Origin: Myxococcales bacterium
Lineage (GTDB): Bacteria > Myxococcota_A > UBA9042 > JABWCM01 > BTVJ01
NCBI GenBank assembly: GCA_045863395.1
Contig: BTVJ01000003.1
Span: 32,001 to 96,000 of the forward strand
Direction: 5' to 3'
Length of the DNA: 64,000 nt
A program made the position numbers and the translations under genes. Every line of letters begins with the position of its first letter. Position 1 is the stretch's first letter. This document shows, piece after piece, positions 20,707 to 31,459 of this stretch. The notes under the pieces are model-generated. The model saw nothing but the letters and a program-made list of their open reading frames with translations, was not told the origin of the DNA and did not search any database.

Positions 20707-21011
20707 CCGACTCTCCCCGCCGTGGTGGCTCCGACACGCCTGCGGGCAGCGTGGTCGCCCAGCTGGCGATTATGCTGCTCCGTGCGATGGTCCCCGACTC
20801 GCTGCTTCGCCCGGCGGAGTCTAGATCGGCAACGAGTTCGCAAGCAAGCGCCGATTGTCGGCTCCGCGGAGGGACCTCGGTGCTGCCTCGACTGTGCGCC
20901 GCTTGCGCACAATCCGCGCCGGATGGGTCGCGACGTTTGCATCCCCGTCGACACGGCCGCCGAACAGAGGTAGCCTCCGGCTTCACCTTGGGCGAGGAGC
21001 GGTGGGTCTCC

Positions 21012-24000
21012 ATGAAGGTGTGCAGCGACTGCCGAGCCGACCTGACGGACGCGAGCGTCGTCCTTGGCCGCTGTCCCCTCTGCAGTGGCATCGTGGTGAC
21101 GGCCCTGGACCCGGAGCCGCTCATAGGGCGCACCCTGGACGGGCGCTACCTCATCGAGGCCCGGCTGGGCTCGGGTGGCATGGGGGCCGTGTACCGGGCC
21201 ACCCAGCTCGCGGTGCAGCGCCCGGTGGCGGTCAAGGTCATGCCACCCGTCTACGCGTCGCGCCCACGATCCACCGTGCGCTTCGAGAAGGAGGCGCGCG
21301 CGATCAGCCACCTCAACCACCCCAACATCGTCACGGTCCACGACTTCGGCCGGGCGGCAGAGGGCTACCTGTACCTCGTGATGGAGCTCCTCGAGGGCCA
21401 GTCGCTCAGCGACCTGCTGTGCCGGGGCCCCCTCTCGCTGCGCCGGGCGGTCCGGCTGATGGAGCAGGTCTGTTCCGCGCTGTCCGAGGCCCACGGCAAG
21501 GGGGTCGTGCACTGTGACCTGAAGCCGGACAACATCTTCGTCGTGAACCGCCATGACCAGGAGGACGCGGTCAAGGTCCTGGACTTTGGCATTGCGGCCA
21601 TGGTCACCGGAGACTCTGGCTCATCGAGCGGCTCGTCCTCCCGCGAGGTGTCTGGGACGCCCGACTACATGTCGCCCGAGCGCATCCTCGGCAGGCGCGT
21701 CGGTCCTGAGACGGATCTCTACTCCCTCGGGATCATCCTCTACCTGGTGCTGACGGGAAGCAGGCCATACGCGGGCACGACCCCCATGGAGGTGTGTCTG
21801 CGTCACCTGAACGATCCGATCCCGGTCCTGCCGCCGGTGCTCCCCGCGGATGGTTGCCCATCCTGGGCCACCCAGGCGCTGCTGGATCGACTGCTCCACA
21901 AGGACCCGCTCGCGCGGCTCTCCTCCGCCGAGGAGGCCCGCGCAGCGCTGAGTGCCCTTTTGCGCGCGGAGGGAGGGCCGGGCGACGCCGCGGCTGCCCC
22001 CGCGCTGGAAGACGGGCCGACGACCGGGAGTGAGGCGCAGGCCCCGGCGCACGATGATCGATCCGTGCACGTCGGCGACCAGCCCACGCAGGTCCGCTGC
22101 CCCCGCTGCGGGAACTTCAACGCCGGGCACTGGCGATTCTGCAGCGCCTGCGGGGCCTCCATGGATGAGCCCTCATGCTCGACGTGCGGCGCCCCGCTGG
22201 CGCACGGCTCCGTGTTCTGTACGGTCTGCGGGCTTCAACACGCGGACGAGCGAGAGGCCGTCGCCCCCGGCGGAGCGACCGAGTCGCGCCGCCAGGTCAG
22301 CACCGTCCACGCTCTGGCGTCCTTTGAACCGGAGAGCGGACTTGCCCTCGACCTCGAGGATCGCATCGAGCTCCTCCGACCGCTGCAGCAGCGGTGGGCG
22401 GAGGCTGTCCGTGCTCTGGGCGGCACGGTGCATGGAGACTCCGGCGAGGGCATCTGCGCAATCTTCGGAGTGCCTGCGACCGGTCAGACCGACGCCCTCA
22501 GCGCGGTGCGGTGTGCGATGACCCTGGCACGCGTGGCGGCCGACATGGAGGCCATCGGCTCGTTCGTCTTCCGCTGCGGGGTCTCTACCGGCCCGGCGTT
22601 GGTGCGGCGCCGCTCCTCGCGCTCCTGGTCCGTGAAGGGCGATGTCGTGGTGCAGGCGGCCCTCCTCGCCGGAGATGCCCCTCCCCGCGGTGTCCTGTGC
22701 TGTGACTCTACATGGCAAGAGGTCCGGGAGGCGGTCGTGGGCTCTGCGCACCCCACCCCCGACGGGCGTGGCGCTGCCCGCTGGCTCCTTCGAGACCTTC
22801 GCTCCCACTCTCCGGACCGTTCCAGGCGTCCGGGAGCAGCGAGCGCCCCGCTCTTCGGCCGGGACACCGAGCTCGCTACGCTCCAGGGGCGGTTTCTGGC
22901 CACAGTGCACCGTGGCTCTCCGCACCTGGTCACAGTCGTGGGCGCCCCTGGGGTCGGAAAGTCCCGGTTGGTGAACGAGCTGGCCGAGTGGGTCCAGGAG
23001 ACGTTGCCGGAGACGGTGATCGTGCGCGCGCGCGCGGTCGTCCAGCCGGAGCAGGCTCCGTACCAGCTCATCCGCCAGGTTGTGACGAGCGCCGCCGCGG
23101 CCGTCCCTGAGCCTCGAGAACACGCGGAGGTCATCGCCCCGTGGCTCGATGGCGCGGTTCCGCTCGGGGCTCCTCCGTGCCCGCTCCCCGGCCTCGATCC
23201 TGGGGGCGACGGCGACTCGCTCCTCGTCCAGCGGCCGGGAGTGCTCGCCCTCAGGCAGCTCCTGCACTCCCTGACACGGGGGCGGGCGGCGGTCATCGTG
23301 CTGGACGACCTCCACGCTGCAGATACAGCGTCCCTCGACCTCCTCTCCACGCTCTTGGACGGCCTGACCGGGGTCCCCGTCCTTGTGGTCTGTTGTGCAG
23401 CCCCCCAGCTCTACGAGCTGCGGCCCCAGTGGGACTCCGGCGGTGGAGTCCGCGCGCGCCTCGACCTGCGTCCCCTCGCCCCGGGCCCCATGGGCCGCCT
23501 CGTCGATGCCCTCCTCGAGCGGGTCGTCCCTCCATCGACGGCCGCGCGGAACCTGGTCGTCCAGCGCTCCGAGGGGAACCCGTGGTTCGCCGAGGAGGTC
23601 GTTCGCCTGTTGGTGCAGCGGGCGGTCATCGAGCCCCAGACCGATGGCACGTGGCTGGTCCAGACTGCCCACCTCGATCGGGTGACCATGCCACGCTCCA
23701 TCGAGGGGCTGCTCCAGGCGCGCGTCGACGTGCTGGGCGACGACGAGCGCGCCGTCCTGAGCGCCGCCGCCATCGTGGGGACCGTGTTCTGGGAGGGCGT
23801 CGTCGCGGATCTCCTGCCGGGCATGGACACGCGGACCCTGAGCGATGTGCTCTCGTCGTTGAGGCGCGCCGGGTTGGTCCGCAAGCGGCGCAGCGCGTCA
23901 CTGCCGGGGGAGCGTGAGTACCGGTTTGCTGGGGGCCTGCTGCGAGAGGTCGTCCACGGCGGCCTGCTTCGCAAGGCGCGCCGGGCCGGGCACCAGGCCG

Positions 24001-25391
24001 TGGCTCGCTGGCTGGAGGCGCGTGTCTCCGAGGGATCGGGTGACCTGGCCGGGACCCTCGCCGCGCACCATGAGGAGGGCGGCGAGCTGGCGCGGGCCTT
24101 CCACTGGTATCGGGTCGCCGCAGACCGGGCCGAGGCGATCCTCGCATCGGCGGACGCCAGGCGCTGCCTCTCCAGGGCGATCATGCTGGCGCCGAGCGGC
24201 GAGGACGAGGCCGGGGTTCTCGCCCTCCACGAGCGCCTCGGCGACGTCCTGCTCCAGGACGGTGAGCACGACGAGGCGCGGGCCTCCTTCGTCACCGCCC
24301 TCTCACTGGCCGGTGACAACTCCTCGGCCCGCGCGGGCCTCCTCTGCAAGATCGGGCGAACGTGGCACCTCGCGGGGCGCCTCGACCTCGCCTCGGAGAG
24401 CCTCGACCAGGCTCTGGCCGCAGCGGGGGACACTCCGTCGGCCGTGAGCCTGGCGATCCTCGCTGAGATCGGCTGGGTCGAGTGGCTGCGTGGGCGCTTC
24501 GCCGAGGCGGAGAGCTCCCTGGAGCAGGGGGTGGCCCTCGCCGGCGAGCTGCCGACCGATGCCCAGGGGTGCGCCGGGAGGGACCGCTCACTTGCCACCC
24601 TGCTGGCCCACCTGGGGGTGGTCGCCCAGAGCAGAGGCAACCGAGCGCGAGCCGCGGAGCACTTCTCCCGGGCCGGTGAGCACTACCTCGCCGCGGGGCT
24701 GAAGGCGAGCGCTGCCACCATGGACATGAACGTCGGCTTGGTCCACCTGGCGGCGGGGCGCGCCGAGCTCGCCGTGTCCAGCCTGTCCCCAGCGCTCGCC
24801 ACCTTCGAGGTGCTCGGGTATCAGCGCGGGATCTCTGGAGCCCACGCGGGGCTGGGGCGAGCGTTCACGGTGCTGGGGAGGCCCCGCGACGCCGAGGCCC
24901 ACCTGATCCTGGCACGGAACATCGGCGCCGAGTGCGGAGCGACGGCGCGCGTGGCGGACGCCTGCTGCGGACTCGCCGAGCTGGCGCTTCGGCAGGGCCA
25001 GCCCGACCGGGCACACATGGAGGCCCTCCGGGCCGTGGAGGAGGCGCTCCGATGCCATGACGTGGAGGTGTGCGCCGGCGCCCGTCGTGTGCTGGGGCTC
25101 GCCTTGGGAGCGCTGGGGAGGGTCGAGGAGGCCCACGAGACGTTCCGCGCCGCGGTGGCGGCCCTCGAGGCGCGCGGGGTGGGCGGCTCCGCAGAGGCCC
25201 TCGCCCGGACCAGCCGCGCGTGGGGCGGCTACTGCCTGGCTTCCGCGGGTGAGGGAGAGCGCCGTGTCGAGCTGCTCCGTCGCGGGGCGGGGTTGCTGCG
25301 GAGGGCCGCCGCCACGTATCAGGGCCTCGGGCTCACGGAGGAGGCGGACGAGGCCCTCCTGTGCCTGCGCCGCACGATCCCCCTGGCGTGA
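21012..25391 (+). CDS. Ser/Thr kinase - double zinc ribbon - cyclase-like domain - STAND-type ATPase - TPR multidomain protein
   Basis: LGSGGMGAVY, VAVK, HCDLKPDN, DFG; four CxxC (CPRC, CSAC, CSTC, CTVC); class III cyclase-like fold remnants; Walker A GAPGVGKS, Walker B VIVLDDLH, SEGNPWFAEE; helical TPR-like C-terminus. Confidence 0.9.
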   Translation: MKVCSDCRADLTDASVVLGRCPLCSGIVVTALDPEPLIGRTLDGRYLIEARLGSGGMGAVYRATQLAVQRPVAVKVMPPVYASRPRSTVRFEKEARAISHLNHPNIVTVHDFGRAAEGYLYLVMELLEGQSLSDLLCRGPLSLRRAVRLMEQVCSALSEAHGKGVVHCDLKPDNIFVVNRHDQEDAVKVLDFGIAAMVTGDSGSSSGSSSREVSGTPDYMSPERILGRRVGPETDLYSLGIILYLVLTGSRPYAGTTPMEVCLRHLNDPIPVLPPVLPADGCPSWATQALLDRLLHKDPLARLSSAEEARAALSALLRAEGGPGDAAAAPALEDGPTTGSEAQAPAHDDRSVHVGDQPTQVRCPRCGNFNAGHWRFCSACGASMDEPSCSTCGAPLAHGSVFCTVCGLQHADEREAVAPGGATESRRQVSTVHALASFEPESGLALDLEDRIELLRPLQQRWAEAVRALGGTVHGDSGEGICAIFGVPATGQTDALSAVRCAMTLARVAADMEAIGSFVFRCGVSTGPALVRRRSSRSWSVKGDVVVQAALLAGDAPPRGVLCCDSTWQEVREAVVGSAHPTPDGRGAARWLLRDLRSHSPDRSRRPGAASAPLFGRDTELATLQGRFLATVHRGSPHLVTVVGAPGVGKSRLVNELAEWVQETLPETVIVRARAVVQPEQAPYQLIRQVVTSAAAAVPEPREHAEVIAPWLDGAVPLGAPPCPLPGLDPGGDGDSLLVQRPGVLALRQLLHSLTRGRAAVIVLDDLHAADTASLDLLSTLLDGLTGVPVLVVCCAAPQLYELRPQWDSGGGVRARLDLRPLAPGPMGRLVDALLERVVPPSTAARNLVVQRSEGNPWFAEEVVRLLVQRAVIEPQTDGTWLVQTAHLDRVTMPRSIEGLLQARVDVLGDDERAVLSAAAIVGTVFWEGVVADLLPGMDTRTLSDVLSSLRRAGLVRKRRSASLPGEREYRFAGGLLREVVHGGLLRKARRAGHQAVARWLEARVSEGSGDLAGTLAAHHEEGGELARAFHWYRVAADRAEAILASADARRCLSRAIMLAPSGEDEAGVLALHERLGDVLLQDGEHDEARASFVTALSLAGDNSSARAGLLCKIGRTWHLAGRLDLASESLDQALAAAGDTPSAVSLAILAEIGWVEWLRGRFAEAESSLEQGVALAGELPTDAQGCAGRDRSLATLLAHLGVVAQSRGNRARAAEHFSRAGEHYLAAGLKASAATMDMNVGLVHLAAGRAELAVSSLSPALATFEVLGYQRGISGAHAGLGRAFTVLGRPRDAEAHLILARNIGAECGATARVADACCGLAELALRQGQPDRAHMEALRAVEEALRCHDVEVCAGARRVLGLALGALGRVEEAHETFRAAVAALEARGVGGSAEALARTSRAWGGYCLASAGEGERRVELLRRGAGLLRRAAATYQGLGLTEEADEALLCLRRTIPLA

Positions 25392-25508
25392 GCGGCCCTC
25401 GCCAGCCTGGAGCGTGCCCGGCCTCGCGTGCCGCTGCCCTCGACGTGCCCGGAATTGCCGGCTAGGATGTCGCCCGGCGCCGCTGCCAGCGGCCCATTCG
25501 GAGTGGAC

Positions 25509-27863
25509 GTGGCAGACACCGAGAAGGTCGACCCCCAAGACCCGAAGGAGCGCTCGGCGCGCGAGCCACACCGCGTGTGCCCCGCCTGCCTCCAGAGCAA
25601 CGTGGAGGGGGTCCGCTTCTGCACCCGCTGTGGCGCCACGCTCCCCGAGCCGGGCGCGGACGAGGGGCTGGACTCCCACTACATCGGGAAGACCATCGAG
25701 AACCGCTACCTGGTCGAGGAGGTCATCGGCCGTGGCGGCATGGGCTGTGTCTACCGCGTGGAGCAGGTGCACCTCAAGAAGCCCCTGGCGCTCAAGATGC
25801 TCCACGAGAACCTGCTCTCACGCCGCTCCCAGGTCAGCCGCTTCCTGCGGGAGGCGCGGGCCATCAGCCGCCTGGAGAGCCCGCACACGGTGCGGCTCTA
25901 TGACTTCGGGCGCTACGGCGAGATCTTCTACCTGGTCATGGAGCTGTTGGAGGGGCGTGAGCTCGACCTGATCCTCGACGAGGAGGGGCCGCTGCCCACG
26001 GAGCGCGCGGTCCGGCTCCTGGTCCAGGTGTGTGATTCGCTGGCGGAGGCCCACGCCGCGGGGGTCGTCCACCGAGACCTCAAGCCCGAGAACATCATGG
26101 TGGTGCCGGGCCCGGAGGGGGAGGTCGCCAAGGTCCTGGACTTCGGCCTGGCGAAGGTGCACGACGCCGAGGATCTCCAGACCATCCAGTCGGGCAAGGG
26201 CATGTTCGGCACTCCCTACTACATGGCGCCCGAGCAGATCCGTGCGCTGAAGGTCGACGCCCGGACGGACCTCTACGCCCTCGGCGCCATGGCCTTCCGG
26301 CTGCTGACCGGCAGCTACGCTTACGAGGCCGACACCACCTTCGACATCCTCAAGAGGCACCTGTCGGACCCGGTGCCCTCCATGCGCGTGCGGGCTCCTG
26401 AGCGCCCGCTCTCCCGCGCTCTGGACCGGGTCGTCATGCGGTGCCTCGCCAAGGATCCGGCCGATCGGTTCTCCACCGCCCGCGAGGTGAAGGAGGCGCT
26501 GCTCGCCGCCCTGGAGCAGGACGCCGAGCCCCCGGGGGAGCCTGACCGCGACGCGGAGCGCCCCCAGCGGGAGCTGCTCGGTCCGATCACGCACGTCGCC
26601 AGCTTCGAGCGGCGCCTCGAGCGCCGCCGTATCGCCTACGCGGCCGCGATCTCCGTGGTGATCGTCGGCGTGATCGTCGTCGCCTGGGCGCTGGTCCGCA
26701 GCGTCGGTGCCGCCCGGAGCGATGGCGTCGAGCACGAGCCCAACAACACGGTGGAGTCCGCGGATCGCCTGTCGAGCGGGCTTCCGATCCGCGGGACCCT
26801 GGGGCAGCGCCTCTCGCCCACTGCGGGCGACAGGGACGTGTTTGCCGTCCTCGCGCAGGAGGATGGGCACCTCGCCGTGACCGTGACCGGGATCCCCGGC
26901 GTGGACCTCGCGCTCGACATCATGGATGCGCAGGGGCGCGTGCTCCAGACCTTCGACCGCTCAGGCACGGGGGACGGCGAGCAGCTCCATCACCTCCCGG
27001 TGAGCGCCGGGAGCGCCTTCCTGGCCGTGCGGGAGGCCCTGCGGCCCGGCGCCCTCCCGCGGGAGAGCCTCTCCGACACCTACGAGATCGTGGCCAGCGT
27101 CTCGGCACCGACAGGCCCCACGGAGCTGGAGACCAACGACACCCCCGCCCTCGCGACCCCGGTGGTCGAGGGCGTGCGGTTCTCTGCGTGGATGGACGGG
27201 CGTGGGGACATGGATGTGTTCCGGCTCGACGGCGCGCCGAGCGGGTCCACACGCTTCACCGTGGAGGTCTCGGCGACGAGTGGGCTCCGGCTCCGCGTCG
27301 CGCTGGACAACGGCCGCGAGGAGCCGCTCTTTGCGGCGACGACGCTCGGCGGCGCGCCCGACGAGTCCCTGGAGTTCGTGGTCTCGCCCGACTCCACGCC
27401 CGTGCGATACCTGAGCGTCTCCCTCGCCCCGGGGCCCGCGGCCACCGGCGCGTACGGCATCACGGTGCGCATGCGGCCGGAGGACGTGGCCTCCGAGTCC
27501 GAGCCCAACGACGACGTCGATGGGGCCACCCCCCTCTTGGTCGGGCAGCAGGTTCGTGGGGCGCTGGGGCGCGGCGACAGCGACGTGTTTCGCGTCCGGA
27601 TCCCTGGCGCTGCCCCGCGCGCCCTCCGCGTCGTCGTCGAGCACGAGGGCCGCACGGCTCCTGTGGTCTGGCGTCGAGACGGGGACCAGTGGGTGCAGCT
27701 CCCCTCATCACTCCCCCTGCGGTCGAGCCTCGTGGCGTTCGAGCTCGATGCCACAGGGCCGGACACGCTGGTCCGCTTGACCCCGCCGGGCTCACAGAGG
27801 CTCGACGGACCCTACCTGCTTCGCGTCGACGCGGCCCCGGACACGGTCGCCAAGGCGCCCTGA
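25509..27863 (+). CDS. Membrane receptor-type Ser/Thr kinase with N-terminal zinc ribbon and extracytoplasmic ExEPN (PPC-like) repeats
   Basis: CPAC...[36 protein letters not shown] segment [33 protein letters not shown] and ESEPND repeats. Start uncertain (GTG 25509 after GGAG). Confidence 0.9.
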   Translation: MADTEKVDPQDPKERSAREPHRVCPACLQSNVEGVRFCTRCGATLPEPGADEGLDSHYIGKTIENRYLVEEVIGRGGMGCVYRVEQVHLKKPLALKMLHENLLSRRSQVSRFLREARAISRLESPHTVRLYDFGRYGEIFYLVMELLEGRELDLILDEEGPLPTERAVRLLVQVCDSLAEAHAAGVVHRDLKPENIMVVPGPEGEVAKVLDFGLAKVHDAEDLQTIQSGKGMFGTPYYMAPEQIRALKVDARTDLYALGAMAFRLLTGSYAYEADTTFDILKRHLSDPVPSMRVRAPERPLSRALDRVVMRCLAKDPADRFSTAREVKEALLAALEQDAEPPGEPDRDAERPQRELLGPITHVASFERRLERRRIAYAAAISVVIVGVIVVAWALVRSVGAARSDGVEHEPNNTVESADRLSSGLPIRGTLGQRLSPTAGDRDVFAVLAQEDGHLAVTVTGIPGVDLALDIMDAQGRVLQTFDRSGTGDGEQLHHLPVSAGSAFLAVREALRPGALPRESLSDTYEIVASVSAPTGPTELETNDTPALATPVVEGVRFSAWMDGRGDMDVFRLDGAPSGSTRFTVEVSATSGLRLRVALDNGREEPLFAATTLGGAPDESLEFVVSPDSTPVRYLSVSLAPGPAATGAYGITVRMRPEDVASESEPNDDVDGATPLLVGQQVRGALGRGDSDVFRVRIPGAAPRALRVVVEHEGRTAPVVWRRDGDQWVQLPSSLPLRSSLVAFELDATGPDTLVRLTPPGSQRLDGPYLLRVDAAPDTVAKAP

Positions 27864-27891
27864 CACCCAGAGCGAGCTCTCGAGGAGCCCC

Positions 27892-28524
27892 ATGCCACGC
27901 ACACGTGACGAGATGGCCCGCCGGGCCGCGCAGGACATCGAGGACGGCTTCATCGTGAACCTGGGCATCGGGATCCCGACCCTGGTCGCAAACCACGTCC
28001 CACCGGGGCTCGACGTGTGGCTCCACAGCGAGAACGGTCTGCTGGGGATGGGCCCGTTCCCCTGGGAAGGGGAGGAGGACCCGCAGGTCATCAACGCGGG
28101 CAAGCAGACGGTCACCATCGTCCCAGGAGGCAGCGTCTTCGACAGCGCCATGTCCTTCGCCATGATCCGCGGTGGGCACGTGGACCTCGCGATCCTCGGC
28201 GGCATGGAGGTCAGCGCCAGCGGCGACCTCGCGAACTGGATGGTCCCCGGCGAGCGCATCAACGGCATGGGCGGCGCCATGGACCTGGTGACGGGCGCCC
28301 GCCGCGTCGTCGTGCTGATGAGCCACACCACGAAGGAGGGGGCCCCGAAGCTGTTGGAGCGCTGCTCCCTGCCACTGACCGGAGTCGGTTGCGTGCACCG
28401 CGTCATCACGGAGCTGGCGACCATCGACGTGACGCCGCAGGGGTTCCGGCTGGTGGACGTGGCCGAGGGGCACTCGGTGGACGAGGTACTGGCAGCGACC
28501 GGGGCGAGGGTGCAGGTGGGGTGA
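27892..28524 (+). CDS. 3-oxoacid CoA-transferase subunit B (ScoB/PcaJ/AtoA family)
   Basis: [14 protein letters not shown] (catalytic Glu), [31 protein letters not shown]. Confidence 0.93.
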   Translation: MPRTRDEMARRAAQDIEDGFIVNLGIGIPTLVANHVPPGLDVWLHSENGLLGMGPFPWEGEEDPQVINAGKQTVTIVPGGSVFDSAMSFAMIRGGHVDLAILGGMEVSASGDLANWMVPGERINGMGGAMDLVTGARRVVVLMSHTTKEGAPKLLERCSLPLTGVGCVHRVITELATIDVTPQGFRLVDVAEGHSVDEVLAATGARVQVG

Positions 28525-28526
28525 GG

Positions 28527-29042
28527 TCAGCCCTTGGTGGCGCCAAGGCCCGGGGGGCGCGCGGAGAACAGCGGCGAGATCCCGTCCGCCGGCTTTGGCT
28601 GCGACGACTGCCTGGCCAGCGCCGCCGCCTCACGCCCTGAGCGCGTTGGATCCTCCGCCTCCGTGCGCGGGAGGCCCGCGAAGCTCCCAGGCGCGCCGTC
28701 GATCATCGGCTTCGCGGCCGAGTCCACCGCCTCCGTCTTTGGCTTCGAGGCGCGGGCCGCGGCCATGGCTTGCGCGGACACGCTGACCTTGTCGATGCCC
28801 TTCTCGGGCGAGCGGTCGAACCGCCCCTCCTCCTGTGACTTGATGCCGCCTACCTGCTTCGAGAGGTCGGCGGACACCTGACGCGCCCCGTCCTTCTCCT
28901 GAAGGGACGTTGCGACCTGCTCGCTGCGCTTCTGCGGCAGCTCACCTCCGGGAGACACGCGCTGCACCTCGGCGCCGCGGCCCGGGTTCGTGGTGCTCGC
29001 AGTGACGCCGGGTGCCGGGGAGCCGCTGGTGATCATGGCCAT
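28527..29042 (-). CDS. Hypothetical low-complexity, likely disordered protein (171 aa)
   Basis: GGAGG RBS before ATG; Ser/Ala/Pro/Lys-rich composition; fills the space between neighbouring genes. Confidence 0.65.
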   Translation of the reverse strand: MAMITSGSPAPGVTASTTNPGRGAEVQRVSPGGELPQKRSEQVATSLQEKDGARQVSADLSKQVGGIKSQEEGRFDRSPEKGIDKVSVSAQAMAAARASKPKTEAVDSAAKPMIDGAPGSFAGLPRTEAEDPTRSGREAAALARQSSQPKPADGISPLFSARPPGLGATKG

Positions 29043-29196
29043 GGGGACCTCCGGTCGACAAGGATGTGCCTACCGTAGCAGAGCCGTCACGGCCGGTCCA
29101 GATGGAACCGAGCGGGTGGCCGAGCCCGCCAGGCACCTGCTTCCTGCCGGCCTCCGCCTCGTGTATGCTCGCCGCGTGCTGCACCCGGAGCTGCGG

Positions 29197-29727
29197 ATGC
29201 CCCCACTCCACACGTACCTGTCCGCGTTGATGACGCTCGCGTGCATCGCATGTGCCGGGGAGGGCGCTCCGGCGGTGCAGGACGCCGGCGCTGCCGATGT
29301 GCCCGTGGCGCCGGCCACCCCGTCCATGCAGCTCGGCAACAACCCCACGGGCAAGACAGGACCGGAGCAGTTCGGGCTGCTCGCAGAAGGGGGCGAGGTC
29401 CGGGTCGAGTGGGGCTTCCAGGGCTTCCACATGCTCGTGTTTGCGCTGCGCTGCGACCAGGGAGGGCCTGCGCCCGTCTGGATCGAGCTGCAGCTCCTGG
29501 AGGGGGACGAGGTGCTCGCGAGCGCTCGCCTGCGTCGTCCCTCGCTGGACCCTGGGGGCGACGGCGCCTTCTATGCGTGGGACATCTTCGTCCTGACCCC
29601 GGACTGGGACGCCTGGGTGGACCGCCCGGTGCTGGTGGACGCGCGCCTGCTGGACGACGAAGACCGGCTCGTGACCGCCGCGTCCGTCGGAGTCGTGGTG
29701 CGTCCCCCCCCGGGGCTGTTCGACTGA
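29197..29727 (+). CDS. Hypothetical secreted protein / lipoprotein
   Basis: Signal-like MPPLHTYLSALMTLACIAC; globular-looking domain with WGFQGFHM motif. Confidence 0.65.
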   Translation: MPPLHTYLSALMTLACIACAGEGAPAVQDAGAADVPVAPATPSMQLGNNPTGKTGPEQFGLLAEGGEVRVEWGFQGFHMLVFALRCDQGGPAPVWIELQLLEGDEVLASARLRRPSLDPGGDGAFYAWDIFVLTPDWDAWVDRPVLVDARLLDDEDRLVTAASVGVVVRPPPGLFD

Positions 29728-29734
29728 CCGCCTG

Positions 29735-31357
29735 TCACTCCCCGTCGGTCAGGGCCTCGTAGGCCTTCAGCGTGAGGAACTCGTCGAACTCCGCGGCCGT
29801 GGAGAAGCGCTCGAACATGGACGCGGCCTGCGGGAACCGCCCGGCGTCGAAGGCGGCGTCGCCCCGCTCGGCGCGGATGCGGGCCAGCTCCTCGGGGATC
29901 ACGCGCGCCAGGAGCTCTGGCGTGACCCGCGCGCCTCCCTCCAGGGTGGCGCCGTGGCGCACCCACTGCCAGATCTGGGCGCGGGAGATCTCCGCGGTGG
30001 CCGCGTCCTCCATGAGGTTGTAGATGGGCACGCACCCCGTGCCGCCGAGCCACGCCTCCAGGTACTGGATGCCCACGCGCACGTTGTGGCGCAGCCCCTC
30101 CTCGGTGCGGGTCCCCGTGGGCACGGCCAGCAGGTCAGCCGCCGTGACGTGCACGTCCTCTCGCTTGCGCGCGATCTGGTTGGGCGTCGGCATCCCCTCG
30201 TCGAAGATCGCCTTGGCCACGGGCACGAGGCCCGGGTGGGCCACCCAGGTCCCGTCGTGCCCGTCGGTCACCTCCCGCACCTTGTCGGCCCGGACCTTGG
30301 CCAGCGCGGCCTCGTTGGCGGCCTCGTCGCCCTTGATGGGGATCTGTGCCGCCATGCCGCCCATGGCGTGGACGTTGCGCCGGTGGCAGGTCTTGATGAC
30401 GAGCTGCGTGTAGGCGCGCAGGAAGGGCTGGGTCATGCCCACCTGCCCGCGGTCCGGGATGACCATGGCCGGGTCGTTTCGGAACTTCTTGATATAACTA
30501 AAGATATAGTCCCACCGGCCGCAGTTGAGGCCCGCGGAGTGCTCCCGCAGCTCCCACAGGATCTCGTCCATCTCGAAGGCCGCCGAGATGGTCTCGATGA
30601 GCACGGTCGCCTTGATGGTGCCCGCGGGGATGCCCAGCGCCTCCTGCGCGAGCAGGAAGGCACGGTTCCAGACGCGCGCCTCCGTGTGGGCCTCCAGCTT
30701 CGGCAGGTAGAAGTAGGGCCCTGTGCCCCGCTCGAGCTGGGCCCGGGCGTTGTGGAAGAAGAACAGCCCGAAGTCCAGCAGGCCGCCGGGGCACACGCGC
30801 CCATCGACGAGCACGTGCCGGTCGACCAGGTGGAAGCCCCTGGGGCGCACCATCAGCGTGGCGATCCGGTCGTTGAGGGCGTAGGTCTTGCCGGACTCTG
30901 GGGCCTCGAAGCGGATGGTCCGCCGCGCCGCGTCCCGCAGGTGGAGCTGCCCCTCGACCACGTTCTGCCAGGTCGGGGCGTTGGAGTCCTCGAAGTCCGC
31001 CATGAACACGCTGGCGCCCGAGTTCAGCGCGTTGATGATCATCTTTCGGTCCACGGGCCCCGTGATCTCGACGCGCCGGTCCTGGAGATCGGCGGGCAGC
31101 GGCGCCACCGCCCAGTCGGAGTCGCGAATGTGCTTCGTCTCTGGCAGGAAGTCCGGTCTCACGCCCCGGTCGAAGCCCCGCTGCCGCTCCGCGCGCCGCT
31201 CCAGGAGCGCGTCGATGTCGGGCCGCAAGGCGCGCACGAGCGTCGCGACCAGCTCGAGCGCCTCGCGCGTGAGGATCTGGTCGTACCCGGGACCCAGAGA
31301 GCCACGGATCTCGACGCCGTCGGGCAGGTTCAGTGAGTGGTGTGTCTGCGCGCTCAT
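29735..31357 (-). CDS. aceB: Malate synthase A
   Basis: DRRVEITGP, INALNSGA, MADFEDS, VRPRG, YFYLPKLE, GLNCGRWDYIFS, GHDGTWVAHP, LMEDAATAEISR. Confidence 0.97.
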   Translation of the reverse strand: MSAQTHHSLNLPDGVEIRGSLGPGYDQILTREALELVATLVRALRPDIDALLERRAERQRGFDRGVRPDFLPETKHIRDSDWAVAPLPADLQDRRVEITGPVDRKMIINALNSGASVFMADFEDSNAPTWQNVVEGQLHLRDAARRTIRFEAPESGKTYALNDRIATLMVRPRGFHLVDRHVLVDGRVCPGGLLDFGLFFFHNARAQLERGTGPYFYLPKLEAHTEARVWNRAFLLAQEALGIPAGTIKATVLIETISAAFEMDEILWELREHSAGLNCGRWDYIFSYIKKFRNDPAMVIPDRGQVGMTQPFLRAYTQLVIKTCHRRNVHAMGGMAAQIPIKGDEAANEAALAKVRADKVREVTDGHDGTWVAHPGLVPVAKAIFDEGMPTPNQIARKREDVHVTAADLLAVPTGTRTEEGLRHNVRVGIQYLEAWLGGTGCVPIYNLMEDAATAEISRAQIWQWVRHGATLEGGARVTPELLARVIPEELARIRAERGDAAFDAGRFPQAASMFERFSTAAEFDEFLTLKAYEALTDGE

Positions 31358-31459
31358 GGGTCCTCCTTGGTTCCGTCGGCCAGCCGATGGCGCGGCCTAC
31401 GATACACCAACGGACCGAGCGGAGCATAGGGGGCGCCCCCCGGCGCGTGGGCCTGGGTT

